Positions 9,325 through 17,849 of a DNA stretch of 24,277 bases are shown one piece after another; within the stretch, counting starts at the first letter, position 1; each line of letters opens with the position of its first letter. This DNA comes from a virus (lineage: Duplodnaviria; Caudoviricetes), in IMG/VR virus record IMGVR_UViG_3300033405_000179, positions 1-24,277 of that record, one strand, 5' to 3'. Below the pieces are notes generated by a model, which worked only from the letters and a program-made list of their open reading frames with translations, had not been told where the DNA came from and made no database searches. Position numbers and translations under genes: made by a program.

Positions 9325-10050
9325 TTACCTCGGTATCCGGTAGCTGCGGAAACTCTGAAGCATCCGCTTGAGAGTCAGTGCGACTTCCGAAGTCGGCTCT
9401 ACGGCCGCCACCGATCGGTTGTCAACAAAGTGCGCGGCGAGGAACAGAATTGCCATTTGCAGCCGGGCCGGAACATTGGCCGGATTGCTTGGATCATAGC
9501 CGGCCCAGTACGTAATCTGGACGCAGTCTTCATGACGATCAGTCAACGGCCAGACCTGCCCGACGTTCAGCGTGATCTTGTCGGCGAACACGGTATAGGT
9601 GGACGGGTCCAATGTCTGCAAGGCGCCGGTGGTGTCGTAGTACTGCACGCTCACCGCGTTGGTGAGCGGCGAGCCACTCGGAACGATGACCGGGCGCCGT
9701 ACAAGGTCGATCGAGTCGGTCGTCGGAAATCCCCACCACCACCATGGAGTAGCCGTGTAGGTGTAATTGAGATTGAGCTGGTAATTCAGAATGTTCCGGG
9801 GATCACCCTGGCCGGGGAAATAGTCGTACGTTTCCAGCACCTGCTCTTGCAGACAGGCTGTTGCCGCCATGCTCTCGATTTCGTCGGTTGCCGCCGAGAT
9901 GAACAGCTCATACATTGACCAGTCCGGCGTTTCCGTCTGCGGGCTGGCACCGGTAACGTACTGCTGCGGCACATCAACGCGGGCAAAGTTGCAGAGCTGT
10001 GGCACGCTGATAACTGGCGCTGTCCGGGGAGTAACGATCTGTTGATACAT
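9325..10050 (-). CDS. Head-tail connector (HK97 gp6 / phiE125 gp8-like, long form)
   Basis: ARVD..ISAA..IE, SVQYYD, VQITYWAGY..VPARLQMAILFLAAHFVDNR motifs. Confidence 0.85.
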   Translation of the reverse strand: MYQQIVTPRTAPVISVPQLCNFARVDVPQQYVTGASPQTETPDWSMYELFISAATDEIESMAATACLQEQVLETYDYFPGQGDPRNILNYQLNLNYTYTATPWWWWGFPTTDSIDLVRRPVIVPSGSPLTNAVSVQYYDTTGALQTLDPSTYTVFADKITLNVGQVWPLTDRHEDCVQITYWAGYDPSNPANVPARLQMAILFLAAHFVDNRSVAAVEPTSEVALTLKRMLQSFRSYRIPR

Positions 10051-10053
10051 CGT

Positions 10054-11007
10054 TTACTTCCTCCGATTCAGTTCCAGACGCATGGCGTAAATGCTCAGGC
10101 TGGATGCATCGTTACTCGCGTCAGGCTCGCTCTTCTCCTGCACTTCGATTCCGTACTGCTTGCACAAGCGAACCAGCTTCGCCCGGGCTTCGGCCTTGTG
10201 AGATTCAGGAATCACTTCGTCCTGGTCGAACCGGGCCAGCGCATCGCGCAGATGCGACTTGGTAAGCTCGTCAGTGCTGAAGTGCCAGGGCAATGACCAT
10301 GTGGAGACATCATGCGGATTGCCCGCGTACACGAAATCCTCTGCCGTGAGATCTTCACCGTCAACGCGCTTCGTTTTGGCCGCGTTCTTGAGCGGTTCCG
10401 GCACGCGCCGGAACATGCTGAGGTCGTAGGCGCACGAATTGGTTACATTAGATCTGTCATCTGCAACACAATCGGCAAAACCCTGCTCTACTGCTTCGTC
10501 GGGAGTCAGCCACGTCTCTTCTTTCATCAGCGCCAGAATGTCGGCTTTCTTCTTGCCAGTCTTGGCGACGTAAAGATCGGCCGCGGAGTCCGTGACCGTG
10601 GCCAGCGTGTCCGCGCACTTGCGCATGGCATCGGCGTCACCAAACGACATACCTTGCGCTTCGTGAACCATGTACATTGTCCCGGGTGCCATAGTGACAT
10701 TGCCGGCGGTGGCAATCAGGGACGCAGCCGACGCGCATAGTCCGACCACATTGACGTTGACCGGCTTGCCGGACTGCGCCAGAAGATTGCGGATTGCAAC
10801 GCCCTCGTAGAGATCACCGCCGGGGCTGTTGACATTGAGGGTGATGCTTGTGCAGTCGGTCTGGAGCGCATTGGAGATCATCTGCGCCGTGATGCCAGCA
10901 CCGTCCCAGCTATCGCCGATAACGTCGAAGATGTCCATGACCAGCTCGTTGTCAGAGCTTGCTGCGTTGAAAAACCGTGCCGGATTCAGTTTGTTGATGA
11001 TCTTCAT
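10054..11007 (-). CDS. ClpP-type (S14) prohead protease with an extra C-terminal domain
   Basis: VNSPGGD, LCASAAS (Ser), MVH (His), EETWLTPDEAVEQGFAD motifs; follows the portal gene. Confidence 0.9.
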   Translation of the reverse strand: MKIINKLNPARFFNAASSDNELVMDIFDVIGDSWDGAGITAQMISNALQTDCTSITLNVNSPGGDLYEGVAIRNLLAQSGKPVNVNVVGLCASAASLIATAGNVTMAPGTMYMVHEAQGMSFGDADAMRKCADTLATVTDSAADLYVAKTGKKKADILALMKEETWLTPDEAVEQGFADCVADDRSNVTNSCAYDLSMFRRVPEPLKNAAKTKRVDGEDLTAEDFVYAGNPHDVSTWSLPWHFSTDELTKSHLRDALARFDQDEVIPESHKAEARAKLVRLCKQYGIEVQEKSEPDASNDASSLSIYAMRLELNRRK

Positions 11008-11011
11008 ATCC

Positions 11012-12610
11012 TTAATACCCCATCGCCATCAGAGTGAGCGCCTCGCGTTGCTCATCCAGCGTCAGTTGCTTCTGCTTGTTGATGTACTCCTGCGCCAGCT
11101 CAGCAGATATATTGAGCACGTCCGAAACGAACTGTGCCGTGAGATCGGCCTTGGCCGCTTTTCGCATGACGCGCTCGGCGAGCGATTCTGCCAGAGCAAC
11201 CAATCGGGGATGATGCTTTGCGGTGTTGGTTGCGGAACCATCGCAGGTGCCGATAGTGTCTGGATCGGAGGTATCTGGTGTAACGGTTCCCGAGTCTGTG
11301 CCTTCGCCGCCGGTTGGCGGCTTCTGGCCGGGTATAAAGAACTCTCCTGTAGCCGGGCTGAAGATCGCACCATTGCTGGGACCGCACAGGAAGTCGCCAC
11401 CTTCGATCGTGTCGCGATCCTCTGACAGCCGGGCCTCGTTGGGCGTAAGCTGCCAGCTATTGATAAGCGCGGCGTTTGTTTCGGCCCTTTCCTTGGGTGA
11501 TCCTCTCAGGATGATGTCGGCGTGGTGTTTGGCGTAGAGCGTGCCCCATTGCTTGCGCGGGATCAGGTCGCGGGTGATGCTCTGTTCGATCGCCGTGGTG
11601 TACGGCAGTAGACAGGTGTTGAAGTATTCGTCCAGAAACGCGCTGGAAGCTGCGTAGGTGGAATTCTGTTCCCCCATACCCAGCTTAACGAGTAACGGTG
11701 CGCCACCCAATAGCCGGATGACTTCCTGCTCATTCCACTTCCGGGACTCCAGGAGCTGAGACTCCTGAGCCGTAAATGTCATCTTTTCGAACTTGATACC
11801 ACCGGGCAGGAAGGTAAACTTTCCGGCGTTTTGCGATCCAGCGTAGTCTTTCTTCAGGCGATCAACGACCTTTTGTGCTTCGATCTCGTCGATGTCGGAA
11901 TCAGGTGGCGTTGTGAGGAATCCGCCCATGCCGAGGCCATTTGCAAAGTTACGGCCCGCGGTTTCTTCAGCCGCCATCAGCACGCTAAGCGCCTCTTTGG
12001 CCAGCGCGATGATCTTCGTTCCTTCCAGGCCAAATCCCTCAAGATTCAGCGACGAGACGTGCCACACCTCGGACTGCTCGAACTCTCGATAGTTTCCAGA
12101 CGAATCCGAGTAGCGCCAAACTAACGTCGGAGGATTCGTCTCTCGATTCCAGCGGGGAGTCATCTGCCACGCATTGAGCGGGATCAGGCCGATTAGATCA
12201 CCAGCGCGGTCCGTGATCTTCTGTGCAAAGCAATTGCCCGCCATGATGAGTTGCGATGCCAGAAACCACCGCATCTGAAACGATGTCTGGTACTGGTTGG
12301 GGCAGTCTTTGAGCAACGTGTAGAGAGGCTCATTGATTGCTGGCCGGGTCCGCTGGCGCCCTTGCTCAACTGTCGTACTGCGCAGAACCAACGGCATCTT
12401 GGCGAGGTCATTTGCCAGCGTCTTAACGCCGGCCAGGAACGCAGCTACACGGATGGCCGTCTCGCGCGTGACCGGTTTGCCAGCCGCGGCCGGAAGTCCG
12501 ACCAGCGCCTGCACTAGATCGGCCGATGGGTTGGATAGGGTGCAGGTAGCGTCGTTTCGGAAACCGCTGAAACCGGGAGGATCTGGTAAATTGAGAGATA
12601 TAAGATTCAT
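11012..12610 (-). CDS. HK97-family portal protein
   Basis: LAKMPL, PNQYQTSF, GNCFA, GSQNAGK, SQLLESRK, LTPNEAR motifs; ~100 aa C-terminal extension. Confidence 0.92.
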   Translation of the reverse strand: MNLISLNLPDPPGFSGFRNDATCTLSNPSADLVQALVGLPAAAGKPVTRETAIRVAAFLAGVKTLANDLAKMPLVLRSTTVEQGRQRTRPAINEPLYTLLKDCPNQYQTSFQMRWFLASQLIMAGNCFAQKITDRAGDLIGLIPLNAWQMTPRWNRETNPPTLVWRYSDSSGNYREFEQSEVWHVSSLNLEGFGLEGTKIIALAKEALSVLMAAEETAGRNFANGLGMGGFLTTPPDSDIDEIEAQKVVDRLKKDYAGSQNAGKFTFLPGGIKFEKMTFTAQESQLLESRKWNEQEVIRLLGGAPLLVKLGMGEQNSTYAASSAFLDEYFNTCLLPYTTAIEQSITRDLIPRKQWGTLYAKHHADIILRGSPKERAETNAALINSWQLTPNEARLSEDRDTIEGGDFLCGPSNGAIFSPATGEFFIPGQKPPTGGEGTDSGTVTPDTSDPDTIGTCDGSATNTAKHHPRLVALAESLAERVMRKAAKADLTAQFVSDVLNISAELAQEYINKQKQLTLDEQREALTLMAMGY

Positions 12611-12612
12611 TG

Positions 12613-14355
12613 CTAGACGCTCTGCACCATAAAGAATCGTTTCTTGGGTTTAGCCAGTTGGTTGACCGGATCCATGGCGCGTGAGAGCGCCATGATGAGA
12701 GACGCGCAACCGTCGATCTTTTCTCGTTTGCGATCACGAGCTGGCTTTATGAAGCCTGAGCCGCGCTGAGTGGACCAGCGGAGGTTAGACATCTGCCATC
12801 GCATCACCGGGTTGTTGTCCTGGGCAACCTCATGCCGCAGTACCTTGCGCATCAGTTCCAGGCATGGGCCATTCATTTTGATCGGTGTCTGCGGGTGTGA
12901 GACAAACTTACTCAGTGGGAAGCCGGACTCGCCAAGCATTCGGATCAGTTCGGATGACCATGCGTCATCGTAGGCGAGCTCTTTGAGATCGAACTGCTGA
13001 TTGATTGCTGCTATCTGCTCGGCAATGTGCCGGACATCGGTTAGATTGCCGGGAGTCGGCTCGATAAATCCGGCATCGGCCCATGTCTGGTACGGCACGC
13101 GGTCACGCTTGGTGCGCTCCGCTATGTTTTCGGCCGGACACCAGAACCATTCCAGCACTCGCCATTTCTCATCCGGAGAGAGCGGCGGGAACACCAGCAC
13201 GAGCGCCGATGTATCAATCTTTGGTGCTAGGTCAACCCCTGCGAAACAGGGACGGCCCGCAAGCTCCGCGAGTGACTCGGCGCGGAGTAACTTAGGGTCT
13301 GGATGCTGGGCAAGATCGGCGCGGCAGCAAGCATCCCATTGCTCAATGTCGATTGCCGGGTCTGATACCTCATCTGTCCAGATATTCAGGCGGAACCGCT
13401 TGAACTCCCCAAGCGCAGACGGCTTGCCTTGCGACTCTGCAAACTGATTACGCAAGGCCGACATTGGCAGGATCGCACCTAGTGACGGATTTGCCTTTAC
13501 CCAGTTGCGTTCATCCCGGTAGTCGTCGCCGGGATCAAGGCTGAAGATGAAGACGCAGACCTCGTCATCGTCAACCATTCCATCGAGGATGCGCGTACCG
13601 TACTCATGCTCACCCCAGCACAATGTTGACTTGTTCGCGCTGGCGCCCGCCGTAGTAATGCAGATGAGCATCGGCTGGCGGCGCGTATCGCCGCCGTAGC
13701 GCAGGATCGACCACAAGTTATCCGATAACTTCCACCGGTGCAGCTCGTCCAGGATGGCCGCTGAGACCACTGCGCCATCCTGCGAATCCGCGCCGCGTGC
13801 CATCGGACACAGGCGCGAGTTAGTCTCGGGGTGATAGAGCGAGAGAACTGGCGAATTGCCGTACTTCTCGATGACGGCGGATAGCTCGGGGTGTTTGTCG
13901 CGCATGGCGACGGCTTCAGTGAAACACTCACGGGCCTGCTTCAGCGCCGTGGCAGCTACATAAACGCGGGCCGTTAACTCGCCATCAGCGATCAGGTGGA
14001 AAAGCGATAACGCCGCGCCCAATCCTGTCTTACCGTTCTTCTTGGCAATCTCCAGATAGAGTCTGCGATGTTTGCGCGTGCCATCCAACCGCTTCCAGCC
14101 GTAGGCGATCGCCAAGACAGCTTGCTGCCACGGCATGAGCACCATCGGTTCCGATTGCGCAGATGAAATACAGAACGATTGGCAGAAGTCGATTACGAAG
14201 TTTGCGGCGTCGGCATCGAAGTAGATGTCAGTACGTTCCAGGTCTCGAAGGTGCCGCTGTATTGCTTTGCGAATCCACTGTCCGGCTACTACAGAGCCAT
14301 CAAGCACACCGGCGATGTACGAATCAACGACTGGATTGATGGATACTGGCGGCAT
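12613..14355 (-). CDS. terL: Terminase large subunit
   Basis: LMPWQ, Walker A IAKKNGKT, Walker B ILDELH, ITTAG, WVKANP, GVDLA and KIDG motifs. Confidence 0.95.
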   Translation of the reverse strand: MPPVSINPVVDSYIAGVLDGSVVAGQWIRKAIQRHLRDLERTDIYFDADAANFVIDFCQSFCISSAQSEPMVLMPWQQAVLAIAYGWKRLDGTRKHRRLYLEIAKKNGKTGLGAALSLFHLIADGELTARVYVAATALKQARECFTEAVAMRDKHPELSAVIEKYGNSPVLSLYHPETNSRLCPMARGADSQDGAVVSAAILDELHRWKLSDNLWSILRYGGDTRRQPMLICITTAGASANKSTLCWGEHEYGTRILDGMVDDDEVCVFIFSLDPGDDYRDERNWVKANPSLGAILPMSALRNQFAESQGKPSALGEFKRFRLNIWTDEVSDPAIDIEQWDACCRADLAQHPDPKLLRAESLAELAGRPCFAGVDLAPKIDTSALVLVFPPLSPDEKWRVLEWFWCPAENIAERTKRDRVPYQTWADAGFIEPTPGNLTDVRHIAEQIAAINQQFDLKELAYDDAWSSELIRMLGESGFPLSKFVSHPQTPIKMNGPCLELMRKVLRHEVAQDNNPVMRWQMSNLRWSTQRGSGFIKPARDRKREKIDGCASLIMALSRAMDPVNQLAKPKKRFFMVQSV

Positions 14356-14381
14356 CGGAGTAAGAGGTCATAACAAGGGAG

Positions 14382-14407
14382 AGAGCCCCGGTGTGGGCCG
14401 GGGCTCT
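14382..14407 (-). terminator. Hairpin between capsid and terL (leaky terminator or mRNA stabiliser)
   Basis: AGAGCCCCGG (14382-14391) / CCGGGGCTCT (14398-14407), perfect 10-bp stem; only a weak pyrimidine tail (CTCCCTTGTT) on the minus strand. Confidence 0.55.
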
Positions 14408-14421
14408 GGTTGAAGAAACGA

Positions 14422-15627
14422 TTAGGCGTTGGTGGTGAGCAGGCTGACAGCTTCCTGCAACGTACACTTCTGGTCAGTGCGGCGGTAGCCCAGGACGATG
14501 GTCTGACCGTTGAGCGCGGCAACCTGATCCAGCACCTTCACGCGGACATCAGAACCGCCACGGTCACCGATCGTCCAGCCGGCGGCAAAGTCGCCAAACA
14601 GGACACCGCCCGTGGTTGCAGGCGAGGCCGAGTAAACCGGCATCTGGCTCGAAAAGTTCACCGGGAAGCCAAGCAGACGCGCCTGACCGTTGGGGTCGTA
14701 GGTGACGTAAGTCTGGAACTGGTTCAGAGCAATCTGGCTCTTGTACAGGCGGTGGAACTCCGCACGGTTGAACAAGAACGAAGCGTTGTTGAAGTACGCC
14801 GAATGCACGCTGGCAACCAGGTCCATGATGTTGGAGATGTTCAGAGCCTCAGTTGCGAACGGGGTAGCACCGTTGAGGTAACCCAGCGGCTGACCGGTGC
14901 CGTTGCCATTGATGAACATGTTCTCCTCGTAGTTGTAGACCGCACGCTGCAAGTCAGCGGTCAGGAACTGCGAAAGAGCCTTCACGTCCTGCAACAGTTC
15001 CCAGCTCACAGCTACCGAGTCACCCGCCATGTAAGCGGTCAGGGTTGTGGTGTTGAAGGTAGGAACGTTGGTTGCAAAAGCGTTGGTACCGCTGTTATTT
15101 GATTCAGCTTTGCCAGCGGCAACAGTTTTGCTTGCCTGATAGGGCAGCTTGATGTCCATTTCCGTGGTGATGACCTTGCTCAGCTTGCGGGCGCTGGCTT
15201 CAATCGGCGCCAGTGCCGGGATGGTCGGGTCGGTGACGGAGGGGACGAGGTAAGAACCGTCAGCGGCGGTGCCGCCTTCGCCCAGAGCGGCGTTGCTGAA
15301 GTTACGCGTGCTCAGAGCGTTCCAGAAGGCCTTGGCGTACTCGGCAGTGCAGTTGCTGTAGCGCTTGCCGCCGACCACGCTCATCTGGTGGCTGAACTCG
15401 GGAACAACGACGCTGTTGCTGGGTGCGCCGACTTCGAGCTTACCCTTGGCGATTGCTTCCACGCGGGCGATGTTGACGTTGGTAGCGTCAAGCTCTTTCG
15501 TGAGGTTGGCGAAGGTCTCTTCCTCAGCCGCGGTGAGCTGGCGCTTGGCTTCGGAGGCCGCGTTCAACATCGCTTCCTGCCGATTCAGAAGATCTTTCTT
15601 CTGGGCGTTGAGTGCTTTGATATCCAT
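14422..15627 (-). CDS. HK97-fold major capsid protein with N-terminal coiled-coil delta domain
   Basis: DGSYLVP, VSWELLQD, FINGNGTGQPLG, LLGFPV, LFGDF motifs. Start MDIKALNAQ (15627) has an AAGGA Shine-Dalgarno. Confidence 0.95.
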   Translation of the reverse strand: MDIKALNAQKKDLLNRQEAMLNAASEAKRQLTAAEEETFANLTKELDATNVNIARVEAIAKGKLEVGAPSNSVVVPEFSHQMSVVGGKRYSNCTAEYAKAFWNALSTRNFSNAALGEGGTAADGSYLVPSVTDPTIPALAPIEASARKLSKVITTEMDIKLPYQASKTVAAGKAESNNSGTNAFATNVPTFNTTTLTAYMAGDSVAVSWELLQDVKALSQFLTADLQRAVYNYEENMFINGNGTGQPLGYLNGATPFATEALNISNIMDLVASVHSAYFNNASFLFNRAEFHRLYKSQIALNQFQTYVTYDPNGQARLLGFPVNFSSQMPVYSASPATTGGVLFGDFAAGWTIGDRGGSDVRVKVLDQVAALNGQTIVLGYRRTDQKCTLQEAVSLLTTNA

Positions 15628-15739
15628 AATGATGAAATCCTTAAACGAGGGTGTTACTCGCAACGCGGCTGCGGCCGCTAACGGGTACATGGCTCCGCGC
15701 TGACGGACTCGATGGAGCCCTGGCGTGGAGCTTGGAAAT

Positions 15740-16168
15740 TTAGGCGATGGAAACTACTTTCGGGGGGACCGGCGCTTGTGAGCGCCGAGCAAGGAACTGA
15801 CCGAGCTGTGATTCCTTCGGCTTATCGACGACAACTTTGCTGCGATCGGATGGCGTCATTGCGAAACGCGAAGCCAGGGAAATGAATTGCGAGATCTCTC
15901 CCACCATCATTTGATCGAAGTGATAACGCTTCTTGGTGGCGAGCTTAACGAGCAGTTCGAAGGCTTCACGATCACTGGCCATGAGAACGCCGGGAGCTGA
16001 CTGCTTGACCAGTTCCTTCCAGACGCGCTTCTCTGCGGCGCTTAGCCACTTCGGCGGCGGCCCGATTGGCTCGCCTGTGACCGGCTCATTGGAGCGCACG
16101 CGGTCCTTATGCGTAAGGAACGAGCCCTTCGCGTCGAGGATGGCGGATGGAGTGCGATTGCGAGCCAT
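15740..16168 (-). CDS. terS: Terminase small subunit (P27-like)
   Basis: TPSAILDAKG, PPKWLSAAEKRVW, FAMTPSDRSKV motifs; follows the HNH gene. Confidence 0.85.
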   Translation of the reverse strand: MARNRTPSAILDAKGSFLTHKDRVRSNEPVTGEPIGPPPKWLSAAEKRVWKELVKQSAPGVLMASDREAFELLVKLATKKRYHFDQMMVGEISQFISLASRFAMTPSDRSKVVVDKPKESQLGQFLARRSQAPVPPKVVSIA

Positions 16169-16173
16169 AGCTA

Positions 16174-16251
16174 AATCAATGAGTTACAAACGTGAATTTG
16201 GGTTACACACGCGGAAACGGTCGGCGCCGGGCACGTGGAATCAACGACTTA
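16174..16251. promoter_or_regulatory. Two IHF consensus sites flanking a candidate cos/packaging site
   Basis: AATCAAtgagTTA (16174-16186) and AATCAAcgacTTA (16239-16251) both match WATCAANNNNTTR exactly. They lie between the HNH gene and terS, the usual cos location. Confidence 0.55.
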
Positions 16252-17101
16252 GAGAATCCGACACCGGCAGGGTATCTGAGGGGTGGTAGGCGGGGTGACC
16301 ACCGCCGGGTGCGGGTGTAACTGGCGGCCGCTGTGCCTGTGCTTCCGCCTTACGGCGCTGGGTAAGTCTCCGCTCGCACTCATCAGCCGGGGTTGCCATC
16401 TCAATTACTCTGGCTCCGGCTTGTTCAAGTGCTTTGACGATGCCAGAGTTGCGATTGGCGATAACGAGCCATACGTGATGCTTGCTGTACTGTGTGCGTT
16501 GGATGAATTGATCTCTCAATGCAAGTACGGAACCAGCAGCATCGGGCATACCTTCGTGCATCGGTAGACCTGTGAGCTGTTGCATTGCCACGTCGTAATC
16601 AAATACGTGGTCGTTGGGCTGTTTGTGCTGCTCAACGTAGCTGCTCTTGCCGCTTCCTGCCGGGCCTGTGATAACTGTTGTGTTTGATCGGTCACCCAGG
16701 TCGCCGAGGCGTGTGCCTTTTTCGCCGGTGAAGCCGGACTCGATAGCAGTCTTGCTGGAGTGGCAACCGTGGCAGAGTCCTTGCAACCGTGCCGGATCGT
16801 AGAAGGCTTGAACGCCGAAGTTATCCACGATAAGACGTGCAGATAAGATGTGGTCAACCTCTGTTGCTGCGCGATGCCCGCAGGATCGGCAGAGGATGTC
16901 TCGGCTCAGTACCTTCTGGCGCGTGGCTTGCCATCTCTTGTTTCGATACAGCTTGCGGATTGGATCATCGGCGCGATATGCGTCGTAAAGCGATCGTGAC
17001 CGTGTCGCGTTGTTGTCCTGCTGATGCCGGGCGCAGTACGCGCTGCCTTCTATGGCGCGGCTTTGGCAATCACGACACAGGCGACTAGGTAGGCTGGGCA
17101 T
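16241..17101 (-). CDS. Packaging-associated HNH endonuclease fused to a P-loop NTPase/kinase-like domain
   Basis: CRSC..EVDHI..LQGLCHGCHSSKT, then VITGPAGSGKS and FDYD. Start reassigned to MPSLPSRLC (17101). Confidence 0.85.
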   Translation of the reverse strand: MPSLPSRLCRDCQSRAIEGSAYCARHQQDNNATRSRSLYDAYRADDPIRKLYRNKRWQATRQKVLSRDILCRSCGHRAATEVDHILSARLIVDNFGVQAFYDPARLQGLCHGCHSSKTAIESGFTGEKGTRLGDLGDRSNTTVITGPAGSGKSSYVEQHKQPNDHVFDYDVAMQQLTGLPMHEGMPDAAGSVLALRDQFIQRTQYSKHHVWLVIANRNSGIVKALEQAGARVIEMATPADECERRLTQRRKAEAQAQRPPVTPAPGGGHPAYHPSDTLPVSDSLSR

Positions 17102-17257
17102 CTTCTTGCGTCTTAAGCCGCTGTTTACGGTTGGCGGGCTTTGCAAGCTCGGCTGCGGAAGATTTCCACGCATAAGTGCCCACGCTTATGCTGCTAAGCT
17201 GTTGATATGACGTTAGATAATCCACTGGAACAGACCTGACCTACTGTGAACGGAAGT

Positions 17258-17833
17258 TTACTTTGCGTCCGCTTCCAGCTTTTGCAGGTCTGCGAGCACG
17301 CTCGAATCCAGTGCTTTGGCGTCCGCGACCAGGTTGTTCCACGCTGCGATCAAATCGCTGAAGTTGACTGCGTTGAAATCGGAGCACAACTTTTCGAACG
17401 CTGTGGCTACGGCCAAGTCTTGGCTAACATTCGAGGCCTTGGACGCAGCGGCAGCAGCGATCGCGGACCCGAGTGCAGTCAGGTCTGCAACGAACTGACC
17501 GCTGTCCTTGACACTTGCGCTGGCCAGTTGACCGGCATCCTGCACAACAGTTAAGGTCTGCGGCAGTGCTGTGCACGCTGCTTTCTCGGCGTCGGACGTC
17601 AGGGTGATCAGTTTCGGCAGCGCTGTAATGCCTTTGCCGATCTCGGTCTCAATCCAGTTAACGCCGCGCTTGATTTCGTTGAAGATTGTCTGAAGTGTCT
17701 GCATTGCCTGCTCCTCATGGAAGTCTGCGCCCGACTTGCGGGCCTTGATGCGATCGTAAATGCCGAAGGCGACCACAACGGCGCCCATGGCGGCAAAGCC
17801 GATGGCATCGATCGCTTGTTGCGAGATGAACAT
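17258..17833 (-). CDS. Hypothetical Ala-rich helical protein; possible N-terminal membrane anchor; alternative start at 17704
   Basis: Co-oriented ORF; hydrophobic AIGFAAMGAVVVAFGIY segment; GAGGAG Shine-Dalgarno before the internal ATG at 17704. Confidence 0.65.
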   Translation of the reverse strand: MFISQQAIDAIGFAAMGAVVVAFGIYDRIKARKSGADFHEEQAMQTLQTIFNEIKRGVNWIETEIGKGITALPKLITLTSDAEKAACTALPQTLTVVQDAGQLASASVKDSGQFVADLTALGSAIAAAAASKASNVSQDLAVATAFEKLCSDFNAVNFSDLIAAWNNLVADAKALDSSVLADLQKLEADAK

Positions 17834-17849
17834 GTAGTTGAACCTGACG

